From: a virus
Direction: 5' to 3' (one strand)
Length of the DNA stretch: 35,932 nt
UHGV virus genome: UHGV-1541349
Both the position numbers and the translations under genes were made by a program. The notes beneath the pieces were generated by a model. It had not been told where the DNA came from and did not search any database. It worked only from the letters and a program-made list of their open reading frames with translations. The stretch's first letter is position 1. Each line of letters begins with the position of its first letter. Below are positions 1 to 8,799 of this stretch, piece after piece.

Positions 1-81
1 TTGCCCACCTCAATTTTAACTGATTATTGATATTGAAAACTCGTACTTTTAACTGATACAGATATTTAGGAAACCATAAAT

Positions 82-447
82 TTATTTGTCCAAGATTCTA
101 TCCATAATATTTCTTAGTTCTTGTCTGGTTGATTCTATTTTAGCAAGCAACGTTTTGATCAATGAGGGTGAAAAATCAACTGTGCGTGGATCGTTAGCTA
201 ACCACAGTTTAAGTAACCCACCAAGTCGACCAAGATCAGCATTTACTCGGCTAAGCTCTACAACCTGTTCAATATCTACAATAGACTCAACCTGATAACC
301 CATTGCTACTTTACGAATGAAGCTCGCTACACTTAAGCCAGATGCTTCTGCATTTTCCTGGATTTGCGCTTTTTCATCTGGCAAACAATAAACTTTAATT
401 GGTGTACTATTTTTTCTAGTCTGAGAAACGGTCATATCATTCTCCAT
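82..447 (-). CDS. Ribbon-helix-helix relaxosome accessory protein, MobC-like (putative)
   Basis: N-terminal RHH-like segment (IKVYCLPDEKAQIQENAEASGLSVASFIR) and C-terminal LGRLGG motif resembling the MobC family. Family assignment is from motif recall only. Any relaxase partner would lie beyond the window start. Confidence 0.4.
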   Translation of the reverse strand: MENDMTVSQTRKNSTPIKVYCLPDEKAQIQENAEASGLSVASFIRKVAMGYQVESIVDIEQVVELSRVNADLGRLGGLLKLWLANDPRTVDFSPSLIKTLLAKIESTRQELRNIMDRILDK

Positions 448-717
448 ACAGGCGGTAGCCGATCAGCCTCGCAGAGCAGGACTCCGTTGAGCAGCCCAGC
501 TGCTAATAAGAGAAGGTAAAGTAGAAGCACCGTTTACGGTGGGCCTACTTTACATGTCCTGCCCTACATTTGCCGTTGTGAATCTGTGTACGTATTGTGT
601 ATTCCTGTGTACTCAGTGTGTTTTCCTAAAGCATTTGTGCAGGATTAGTAGTGTAAAAATGTGCAGCATATGTGTTTATTGGAAGGGAAATTATTTGAAT
701 GACCCTAAGAAATATTT

Positions 718-1011
718 TTATTCTCGCGGCTTGGGTTTTGGCGGCCTGCCACGTTTCCTTTGAAACCTATTTATCTCTTTCGCTATATCGTCATTTTCTG
801 TCTTTGACTCAACAGATTTATCTATCCAATCCTTAACATCTTCTCTACGCCAGAGAAGACGTTTATTACCGGGAAGACGGCATCTTGGTGGAAGACATTT
901 TGGATTTCGCGTTGCATCACTGCGGATACTTTTTACAGTTTTCTTTAATGCAAAAGCCAACTCTTCAACGGTTATAAGTTCTGGCATAACTGATTTCATC
1001 GAAGAACCCAT
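718..1011 (-). CDS. AlpA-family HTH regulator / excisionase-like DNA-binding protein
   Basis: Small basic protein with an AlpA/Xis-like HTH (ITVEELAFALKKTVKSIRSD...LPGNKRLLWRREDVKDWID). Typical of integrative elements. Exact start uncertain. Confidence 0.55.
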   Translation of the reverse strand: MGSSMKSVMPELITVEELAFALKKTVKSIRSDATRNPKCLPPRCRLPGNKRLLWRREDVKDWIDKSVESKTENDDIAKEINRFQRKRGRPPKPKPRE

Positions 1012-1036
1012 CTCTCAGTAGAAATTTGAGGATTTT

Positions 1037-1058
1037 AGCGGCTAAAATTTTAGCCGCT
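1037..1058. promoter_or_regulatory. Perfect 22-bp palindrome (agcggctaaaattttagccgct), candidate operator upstream of the AlpA-like gene
   Basis: Read directly from the sequence, 26 bp upstream of the AlpA-like start at 1011. The operator role is inferred. Confidence 0.4.
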
Positions 1059-1311
1059 AAAGTTTGCTAACCAACGTTATGAATTGAGAATAATTAAAAC
1101 TTACTGGCAAAAAGAATAATGTCAACAGGATTTTTATTCATCGGATTTTTACTCCATATGAAATTGGTTTTATTGACCGATTTCTGAATGACACTAAGGT
1201 TTTAATAATTCCTTTAATCTTTTTGGTTATATAAAAGGTTAAAGATCAGGTTAGAGAGGTGTGGAAAAGCGATATATTCATTTGTATATTATGACAATTT
1301 TAAATTATATC

Positions 1312-1372
1312 CGTACCTCAAATGTCATGAAAGCGTACCTCATATGTCATAAAGGCGTACCTCATATGTCAT
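1312..1372. repeat. Three tandem 17-bp direct repeats (cgtacctcaWatgtcat) with 22-bp phasing; iteron-like
   Basis: Copies at 1312-1328, 1334-1350 and 1356-1372 inside a roughly 900-bp AT-rich non-coding stretch. A consensus DnaA box (ttatccaca, minus strand) lies at 1422-1430. Confidence 0.8.
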
Positions 1373-1920
1373 ATAATAAAAAATAAGCAAACAAGTTATA
1401 CACAATATTATTCACAGAATCTGTGGATAAATACACAGATTATACATGATAAAATAGATTGTTTAGCTAAACTAAATAGCAATAAATAAAATGAAACAAA
1501 ATGTAAATAACAGAGAGTTGTAGATAACTTATAAATTTGGTTAGCTAACCTTTATAAGAAACACTGTTTGTAAAAGATTCATTTCTGACAACGGATATAT
1601 CGAAATTTAGTAAGTAAAATGCCACAGCTAAATCTTTTATATCATTTGTTTAGCTATACTATTTTTACTAAGGGTTATGTATATCTAAACTACAAAAACA
1701 GCAATGCAAAAGATAAACGGGTAACAATCGTAGAAAAGCTTTGTTGCTGAGGGGTTACCCTCATTGGAAACCGGCTTGAGATAAGTATCATATGAGGATA
1801 TCAAATCCGACTGGTGAGGCCAGGTTTGATAATTTGAAGCGCTGGACGTAGCGTAGATGCCACAATAGAGGAGACAATAGTAAATTAAATTATAAGATAA
1901 ATGCAGATTTTTGTTTCGCT

Positions 1921-2235
1921 ATGAAGTTATCACTGAAGATAAAGTATTCTAAGATAGATGAATGTGAGGTTGCCATGACAACGATGAAAGCTAGACCCAG
2001 TTCTGTTGCGGATATTCTTTTAAATGAGTATTTGAAACCTTTAGCTATGTCTTCACGTGACTTAGCTAATTTGATGGGAGTACCTTATAGCAGAATTGAC
2101 GATATATTACGACACTCTAAAAATATAAGTAATAGAGAGGGGGAATTACTTTCTAAAATCTTCAATACTGATAGCGATTTTTGGATAAAACTTCAAGAAA
2201 ACTATATAAATCATACATGCAAATTCCATAAATAG
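1921..2235 (+). CDS. HigA-like XRE-family HTH protein (antitoxin-like), no cognate toxin seen
   Basis: HTH resembling HigA/VapI antidotes (SRDLANLMGVPYSRIDDILRHSKNISNREGELLSKIF..FW). True start may be the internal Met at 1975. No HigB/RelE-like ORF is adjacent. Confidence 0.5.
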   Translation: MKLSLKIKYSKIDECEVAMTTMKARPSSVADILLNEYLKPLAMSSRDLANLMGVPYSRIDDILRHSKNISNREGELLSKIFNTDSDFWIKLQENYINHTCKFHK

Positions 2236-2499
2236 TGCATAAACGCTAACTTAAGGCATATATTATTTGTACTACGCCGTTGTATTAAAGAGAGATATCA
2301 AGCAACAAAAATCAACTATAATAGGTAAAAAATCAGTATGAAGGAATTATCACAATCTGCACGATGGTTCTAATATAAATTTAGTAAAATAAAACATAAA
2401 TCATTTCCGTATAAAAAGATGGCCAGGTCTTTATCATCGACCCAGCCAATTAGTAAAGGATTTTTCATTTCAAACTCATTAAACCTTAGGCATAAAACC

Positions 2500-4989
2500 T
2501 TAATGTTCAATATCTATTTGATTATCAATTTGAATAATGTTTTGAATCTCACTGTAAATATCAATGTTCTCATCTGGTACATCTATGCTAACCAATAAAC
2601 TATATTTAACATTGTTAATATAGCGATCCTGCGCAGTACGATATTTCCACCATCCACCAACAGGATAGACAGCGATAGTATTCATCTCTGTTAAATCTGC
2701 AGCACTGCCTTTCCAAGCATCTGAGTGTAATGAACCTCTAACTCTGAGTTGAGGCCCCAGAAACCATCCTGACGCATCTCCTTCAGGTCCATTGTATTCT
2801 TCATTATTCGCATTACGGTTTATCGAAGCACGGAAATTTTCAAGGGTCTGATTAGGTCTAATAACTGCAAATCTCAATCCATGAGATTGATACGAATATT
2901 GTCGTCTGAATCCTTTTTGACTTGGATTAGGTTCAATAAAATACGACAATGTGATTCTTAAAATAACATTTGTTTCTGGTGGTAGTAAGCGAAGAGCTTC
3001 TACGGGCCAAGGGAGTGAAAACAGATGCATTTCATTCAATGTAGGATCAGTAGAACCATCTCTTTTAAATGGGGTGATTTCCGACTGAGATATTAATGTA
3101 AGTGCATTTTCCGCACTATGCATTGCTCGATTTAAATTAGGTACTCCATAACCAACCATCCTTAATAAGCTTTCTTTAGCCGATTTTGGTGTCCCCTGTG
3201 CACGTTCTGTTCTATATCGTTCGTGCATACGACTAGTCCATCTTGCTGTATGAACAAGTAATCCCCTAATAGTTTCAGGCCAATATTCTGGGTACTGAGC
3301 CATTAGCATAGCAGCATGTTTTGATACTAGAGCACAGGCTGCGCTAGTATCTGAATTAACTTCAAACAATTGATTTGTTGCCCTGCCAGAGGTTGTGAGC
3401 AAAGATAATTCAATTGTATTTGTGATTTCATCACGGCTAGGTGATATAAGTTTGTTTCCGCCTTCCTCTACTAAATCTGGCTTATATGGGGCATGCTTTT
3501 TCCATCCCCAGGATACCGATGACCGAGATGACGGTGCAATATCTTCTGACATAGCGAAAGGAGACCAACCATCATATTCGCGGTCTGTATGGGTTGTTTT
3601 ATCAGTATACGCCCCTACAGTTAATGCATTCCAAGATTGAGCAGGATCTTCAATTTCAGCAAGAGTCACTGAATCCCAATAATCTAATTCTAAATTTGTA
3701 GGTTGAGAGTTACCCGCAGAAATTATAAATAATCTGCGGATATCATCCTCTAAACCAAAACTAAACTTGTCAATCTCTGCAGACCATGAGGACGGTTGGC
3801 CTCCAAGAGTATTAGGCTCTGCTGTCACAGCAAGCGAATAAACTCTGCGCCAGTTCGGGTTTTCCAGCTCCAGACGACTTGACGTTCCTGTAGTAATAGC
3901 TCCATAAAGATTAGGATCATTAGTAGCTCTTGGAGGTAGTATCCTTCCTGATTCGATATTGTACGGAATCGAAATGTCCTGATCGTTCAATAAAACAGAC
4001 AGGAAATCTCCATAAACACATAGTCCTGCTTGTCTGGAACCGTGGTCATTATAAGGCCTTTGATTATAATCATCGAAAAGTGGCCAAGATATGTCCCAAG
4101 CAGCTGCCAGTGATGAGTTAGTAAATCTAGATAATAGTGGATTATTGTAGTTAACACCTGTATCTAATATACAAACAGAAACATCAGCTTCATTGTTACG
4201 CGTAATTCTTGCAGCAACATTTTCTGCCCACTGATGCTGTTCTGTAGGTAAGGAATTAACTATAACTGATATATCATCCCTCGCTGATCTTATCTCTTTT
4301 AAATTAGATATTAATTCAGGACAAACTTTTAATCTCGATAGACTCGTACGGATAAGAACAACAGTAGTATCGAAAAAATTAATAGAAGTATTCCCGAGCC
4401 TTCCATTAATTCTTTCGCATAAACGCCGAGCAATATTTAGCACATCCTCCTTATTACCCTTAAGCCAAAGCTCAAACCACTTTTCAACACCGTGATCATC
4501 CGGAATAAGATCTTTTTTATCTGTCCAGAAAGAAGTTATATCTGCTAACTCGATATTTTGTATGCTATCAATTAACAAATGATTTCTAGGGAACTCGATA
4601 CCATCCTTCGATGGATTCAAATAGTCATTTATTTTTTTAGTGAATTTAGTTCTGTCATTTTCATTAATGTATATAATCGCAGTTTCACGATTATTTGATT
4701 TAACTAAAGAACAAAGCTTGAAATAAGTATTATCGATTTTATCTATAGGAAGATCGCATTGTTCAAAACTGATTAGCCTAACATAAATCCCTTTTTCATC
4801 AGTAACAGGGGGAAGCCTCGGTCTTTCATCATAATGATTCAATATACGGCTATACTGATTTAGTAATGATATACCATGTACCGCTCGATCACGAGCTGGG
4901 ACTTGGGGACTACGACCATTGCTCCTAGAGCGATAGTTTTCGGGGGAAACATAGCCGTTTAATAAAATATGCCTCTTGTTGGTAGTCAT
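2500..4989 (-). CDS. ietS: Subtilisin-like S8 serine peptidase with N- and C-terminal extensions (IetS-like)
   Basis: S8 catalytic motifs in the correct order: D (VCILDTGVN), H (NDHGSRQAG), S (DTSAACALVSKHAAM). Lies 9 bp downstream of an AAA ATPase on the same strand, the architecture of the IetAS defense pair. Symbol is by architecture only. Confidence 0.7.
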   Translation of the reverse strand: MTTNKRHILLNGYVSPENYRSRSNGRSPQVPARDRAVHGISLLNQYSRILNHYDERPRLPPVTDEKGIYVRLISFEQCDLPIDKIDNTYFKLCSLVKSNNRETAIIYINENDRTKFTKKINDYLNPSKDGIEFPRNHLLIDSIQNIELADITSFWTDKKDLIPDDHGVEKWFELWLKGNKEDVLNIARRLCERINGRLGNTSINFFDTTVVLIRTSLSRLKVCPELISNLKEIRSARDDISVIVNSLPTEQHQWAENVAARITRNNEADVSVCILDTGVNYNNPLLSRFTNSSLAAAWDISWPLFDDYNQRPYNDHGSRQAGLCVYGDFLSVLLNDQDISIPYNIESGRILPPRATNDPNLYGAITTGTSSRLELENPNWRRVYSLAVTAEPNTLGGQPSSWSAEIDKFSFGLEDDIRRLFIISAGNSQPTNLELDYWDSVTLAEIEDPAQSWNALTVGAYTDKTTHTDREYDGWSPFAMSEDIAPSSRSSVSWGWKKHAPYKPDLVEEGGNKLISPSRDEITNTIELSLLTTSGRATNQLFEVNSDTSAACALVSKHAAMLMAQYPEYWPETIRGLLVHTARWTSRMHERYRTERAQGTPKSAKESLLRMVGYGVPNLNRAMHSAENALTLISQSEITPFKRDGSTDPTLNEMHLFSLPWPVEALRLLPPETNVILRITLSYFIEPNPSQKGFRRQYSYQSHGLRFAVIRPNQTLENFRASINRNANNEEYNGPEGDASGWFLGPQLRVRGSLHSDAWKGSAADLTEMNTIAVYPVGGWWKYRTAQDRYINNVKYSLLVSIDVPDENIDIYSEIQNIIQIDNQIDIEH

Positions 4990-4997
4990 TTCATCCC

Positions 4998-5984
4998 TTA
5001 TTGTCTACTTTCTTGCCTACGCTTTATAGCCTTTACTAACAAATCGGTTGTAATATTGTTTGCATTATAAAGCACTGATTCTTTGGCAGCATCTTCACTT
5101 GCTCGCGTGATCTCCGCTGCACTTAGACCTGAAGCACTATCAATGATCTCACTCCAAAATAAATTACCGAGGTCAAAGACAGCGAGTCTCTGTTCAATAA
5201 GATTCCTGATTAGATTATCCTCAGGCCTTGTGAACGGTATAATATCGTCAAATCGTCTATATAAGGCGCGATCTAAAAGCTCTGGATGATTGGTTGCAGC
5301 TAAAACTATGCTCTCAGAATCATCCTGCTCTACAAACATTAAAAAAGAATTTAAGACCCTACGAATTTCTCCAACGTCATTCTGAGCGCCACGCTGAGTT
5401 CCTATAGCATCGAACTCGTCAAAAAAATATACAGCTCTTGTTTGCCGTATGTGGTCAAAAATTAAACGCAGCTTAGCTGCAGTTTCACCCATATAGCGAG
5501 TGATTAGATTATCTAAGACGACTGTATAAAGTGGTAGCTTTAACTCTGTAGCAATGACTGATGCGGACATTGTCTTACCAGTACCGGGAGGACCAGTGAA
5601 AAGAATTTTTCTTCTTGGAATAAGCCCAAACTCAGAAAGTTTATCTTTCTGTTTTTGTTCAAGCAGAACCTGATTCAATCTTTCCCTAACGCTTCCAGAA
5701 ATCACCAGATCTTGAAGATGTACTGGCTTGTTCGTTTGCTCAAGTAACCCCTTAAGATCACCATCAGGCTGCTTAACAAATGGTGTAAGTCGTTTTTCAA
5801 CTAAACCTACAGAACTCGTTGTTTTCTGATTTTTATCAACTAAGTTTTTTATATCATTAGCAAGCTTATGATGACCTTGCCTTGCTTCCTTAGCTGCCAC
5901 CTGCAAAGCAATAGAAAAGAAACGCTGATCATCACGATCAACGTGGCTTTTCAATAAAGCTTTGATCTGCTCTGCAGTAGCCAT
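4998..5984 (-). CDS. ietA: AAA-family ATPase (IetA-like)
   Basis: Walker A GPPGTGKT and Walker B VYFFDEFD in a classical AAA fold. First gene of a two-gene operon with the S8 peptidase. Confidence 0.7.
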   Translation of the reverse strand: MATAEQIKALLKSHVDRDDQRFFSIALQVAAKEARQGHHKLANDIKNLVDKNQKTTSSVGLVEKRLTPFVKQPDGDLKGLLEQTNKPVHLQDLVISGSVRERLNQVLLEQKQKDKLSEFGLIPRRKILFTGPPGTGKTMSASVIATELKLPLYTVVLDNLITRYMGETAAKLRLIFDHIRQTRAVYFFDEFDAIGTQRGAQNDVGEIRRVLNSFLMFVEQDDSESIVLAATNHPELLDRALYRRFDDIIPFTRPEDNLIRNLIEQRLAVFDLGNLFWSEIIDSASGLSAAEITRASEDAAKESVLYNANNITTDLLVKAIKRRQESRQ

Positions 5985-6448
5985 AACCCCTCATACTCCC
6001 TTGTTCTCTTGTTGCAAAGTTTACTATAAATTCATTTAGTTCGACATCGTTACCTACCTGCTCATTACAGGAAAGTAATACCTTCATGAGCGTATCATCA
6101 ATGATCAAAGTGTAATCAAACACCTAGGCATAGTACCTTCACTACGTGAACTGTATCACTCATTGTTATGTAACCTGAGTGTCCCTTTCTGGCACTTAGC
6201 TCTATCGGATAATGTATTTAAGCTGTTAATTTATAAGATTTTTCATCACTAAACTGTCTTTCATGCAACGCATCGATAAGGTCAACACATTACGTTTATA
6301 AGGAAGTAGTTTGTTTAGCGTAATGATGCAAATGCTGACCAATTAGCTTTGCCACAATTTTGCCACACCTACAACGCGCAAAATTGCACATTAGTGTTGA
6401 ACAAAGCAAAATACTGCAATAGTAACTTGATGATTTTACGAGAAAAGA

Positions 6449-6494
6449 TGGTGCCGATAATAGGAGTCGAACCTACGACCTTCGCATTACGAAT
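6449..6494 (-). other. 46-nt 3' fragment of tRNA-Thr (thrW-like, anticodon loop to CCA): prophage attachment-site core
   Basis: Minus-strand sequence attcgtaatgcgaaggtcgtaggttcgactcctattatcggcacca matches the 3' part of enterobacterial tRNA-Thr(CGU) as recalled, then diverges 5' of the anticodon loop. Typical of an att junction distal to the integrase. Confidence 0.7.
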
Positions 6495-6719
6495 CTGTAG
6501 CACCAATCATAACTATCTGTTTTAGCAAGCATTAACCGCATTCACTAAGTTATAGTTGATGGCACAAACAGAAAGTTGATGCATGATGTTTTCATGCGTA
6601 TGTCACAAATACGGCACAACAATCTTCAAATATGTAGACACACATCCACAGGAGAGCACAAAGCCTTGCAATACAGTGCAAAGCTTTGTGCGTATCAGTT
6701 TTGTCCTGTGCGCCGGATG

Positions 6720-7325
6720 TCATCTGGCCTGAACTTCCGGAGGCGTAGGCCATTCAATATCCGGTGCGCTGGCGGTATCAACGCCCTCCAGCGCATCCAG
6801 ATAATCAAGCCAGGCATTATATTGTTCTTTTTCTGCGTCCTTCAGGCGACCCATTGCTGCTTTACCAGGCCATTGCTTACCATTCATAAAGTCATTGGCC
6901 TGGCTAATCAGCGCCTGTAGTTTTGTTGCCGCCACAGAAATATCATATGCGCGCTGAGCTTCGGGATCGGCAACCCATTTATTACCATCCCATTTATCAA
7001 ACTTTGTAGTTGGTGCTTCAAAAGTAAAGCCTTCACGCAACGGTCCAATATATTCGATAGTCACCGGCTTCCCGTTACTGGTGGTGTATGCTGTTTCTCC
7101 ACGATGGTCTTCTTTAAGCACCCACTCAGATCCAGAAAAAATAAATACCTTCCCTCCTGCTTCGGCCCCTGGTTCTATCGCCGTAGAGCATCCGGGCATA
7201 CTGACACCGATGTTAATAAACTCGTCAGACCATCCCATATATTCAGAAGTCACAGCGTCGTAGTAATAACAGCGGATTTCACCCGGTTCTGTTGCCAGTC
7301 CGTTTACATCGAAAACAGGTTTCAT
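6720..7325 (-). CDS. Tail fibre assembly protein (Tfa/gpU-like)
   Basis: About 200 aa immediately downstream of the tail fibre gene, Tfa-like composition. Last gene before the att fragment. Confidence 0.65.
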   Translation of the reverse strand: MKPVFDVNGLATEPGEIRCYYYDAVTSEYMGWSDEFINIGVSMPGCSTAIEPGAEAGGKVFIFSGSEWVLKEDHRGETAYTTSNGKPVTIEYIGPLREGFTFEAPTTKFDKWDGNKWVADPEAQRAYDISVAATKLQALISQANDFMNGKQWPGKAAMGRLKDAEKEQYNAWLDYLDALEGVDTASAPDIEWPTPPEVQAR

Positions 7326-8101
7326 TATTTAGCCCTTACAAGAAAGTTGAATGCAATATTTCTTGGGCGGCTTTCCGTGGATGTTCTGGCAACCCTCGAT
7401 AAATCAAAATTGAATGTAGAAGTTGATACGGTTCCGCCTGGTGCCGGGGGGGCCAGATTGCCCTGAACAACGCTGCGAGAAAATACCCCCAACGCATCTG
7501 TATTTACCCCTGTATAAAGATCAACGAGATAACCAGTAACATTCTGAATGGCGTCTCCCTGCGGTGAAAGCAGGGTTCGCCCATTATCTATCCCACGTCC
7601 ATCATCCCAGACACGCAGAAACTCTCCTCGCAGATCTGGCAATTTCAGGCCCGGCCAAACAAGGGCCAATTTTGGGTAAGTGGTAGGGGAAAATGTTGAG
7701 TCGTTAAACTTAAGGAACACCATGTCGGCCCATTCCGGCATCACGGTATTTGGCATGGCAGAAGACGGCCAAAAAAATGGAACTCCTATCGGTGGTGCAC
7801 CTGCTCCTAAACCAAGGTTTGTGGTAATCGCTGTCGCCAGCTTTGCCACCAGTCCATCAACGTCACCATCATCGAGCGCGTCCAGTTCGGCGTTCGCGAT
7901 AAACTGCCCCAGTACAGCCGCCATCGTCGACGGTTGGCGCAGCGCTTTACTGACCTGTGCGCTGGATGCTTTACCCGAGGAGAATCCTTTCTTCAGTGCG
8001 GTTAGCGTCTCCCATTCCTCCTGCGAGGTAACATTTGCATTAGCATCTGTCGCAAACGCTTTAAAATCATTAGTTCCAGCCATTAAAGTAATCTCCCCCA
8101 T
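7325..8101 (-). CDS. Tail fibre protein
   Basis: Gly/Ala-rich protein with a conserved fibre-type C-terminus (RPRNIAFNFLVRAK). Sits between the baseplate genes and Tfa. Confidence 0.6.
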   Translation of the reverse strand: MGEITLMAGTNDFKAFATDANANVTSQEEWETLTALKKGFSSGKASSAQVSKALRQPSTMAAVLGQFIANAELDALDDGDVDGLVAKLATAITTNLGLGAGAPPIGVPFFWPSSAMPNTVMPEWADMVFLKFNDSTFSPTTYPKLALVWPGLKLPDLRGEFLRVWDDGRGIDNGRTLLSPQGDAIQNVTGYLVDLYTGVNTDALGVFSRSVVQGNLAPPAPGGTVSTSTFNFDLSRVARTSTESRPRNIAFNFLVRAK

Positions 8102-8799
8102 GCGCCGTCATCAAAACCGGCGATGTATTCGTTATCCATGTCAAATCCAAAGAATTTTGTTCCTTCGGACGGTGTTTCGACCGAGGGTGTTTCAACGCTG
8201 CCAGCCCATACACCAGCAGCTTTAACGGTGAGATAACCCTGTTTGATAGCGGCTATCAGTTCGAGTGACACATCAGAAATATCAGTCTCGGGAAAAACCC
8301 AGACCGATATCGTCATGTCCTGGTTATCGACGATCTGCATCTTCAGTCCAGAGCCTGCGGTAGCAGCGTCAAGGATGGGAGGCAGAGAGTCGTTCCGACC
8401 ATCCCAGTTGTTGATAGCGATTTTCGCTTTCAGAATGATGCGGTACGTCTCATCACTCAGCGTCGTATAGCCAGAATCAGGATCATATGGCCCTTGCCAG
8501 ATGCCCTGGTCATATCCGAGCCCGTCAGTGTCCCAGCTGAAATAAACGCCGCTAATTGGCTGGCTGACTATACGACTACGCCCAATCCACAGGCCGAGGA
8601 TATCGAGTTGCACGCCAACCGCCGTATCGATATCGAAGGCTGTTACAAGCCCTGACATAGTGCTGGACACATCAATCAGCGGGCGGGTGCTCAGATCTAT
8701 ATGGTCAAAAAAGAGTGGCTTGGTAGCATGGTAGTTAGTGATCAGTTCGGTGTATTTGCTCATGAGGTCACCGTGATAGTGACGTGACTCGCAACGCAT
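8083..8799 (-). CDS. Baseplate/tail protein (Mu gp48-like)
   Basis: Called by position after the baseplate J-like gene in a Mu-type tail module. Confidence 0.45.
   Translation of the reverse strand: MRCESRHYHGDLMSKYTELITNYHATKPLFFDHIDLSTRPLIDVSSTMSGLVTAFDIDTAVGVQLDILGLWIGRSRIVSQPISGVYFSWDTDGLGYDQGIWQGPYDPDSGYTTLSDETYRIILKAKIAINNWDGRNDSLPPILDAATAGSGLKMQIVDNQDMTISVWVFPETDISDVSLELIAAIKQGYLTVKAAGVWAGSVETPSVETPSEGTKFFGFDMDNEYIAGFDDGAWGRLL

Noticed and set aside
539-763. 74-aa plus-strand ORF in the MobC/AlpA intergenic region
   Set aside because: Cys/Phe-rich translation of a repeat-containing AT-rich non-coding stretch, overlapping the AlpA-like 3' end. More likely regulatory or oriT-like DNA than a gene.
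1312-1372. Possible CRISPR array
   Set aside because: Only three 17-bp repeats with 5-bp spacers, no cas genes and no leader. The spacing fits iteron or binding-site phasing, not CRISPR.
5938-6123. 61-aa ORF overlapping the ietA-like start, as a third gene of the defense operon
   Set aside because: It overlaps the ATPase start by about 47 nt in another frame with no clear RBS or motif. Kept only as a note under the IetAS finding.
1-6448. Integrase gene for the left-hand islet or the prophage
   Set aside because: No tyrosine or serine recombinase-like ORF is present anywhere in the window. The prophage integrase is expected beyond the IS5 end, and the islet's recombinase, if any, beyond the left edge.
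6449-6494. Intact tRNA-Thr gene
   Set aside because: Similarity stops 5' of the anticodon loop, so no D-arm or acceptor 5' strand is present. It is an att-derived 3' fragment, not a functional tRNA.
6576-6920. 114-aa plus-strand ORF spanning the att-proximal region into the tail fibre assembly gene
   Set aside because: Antisense to the tail fibre assembly gene for most of its length, with a Cys/Arg-rich low-complexity product. Likely spurious.
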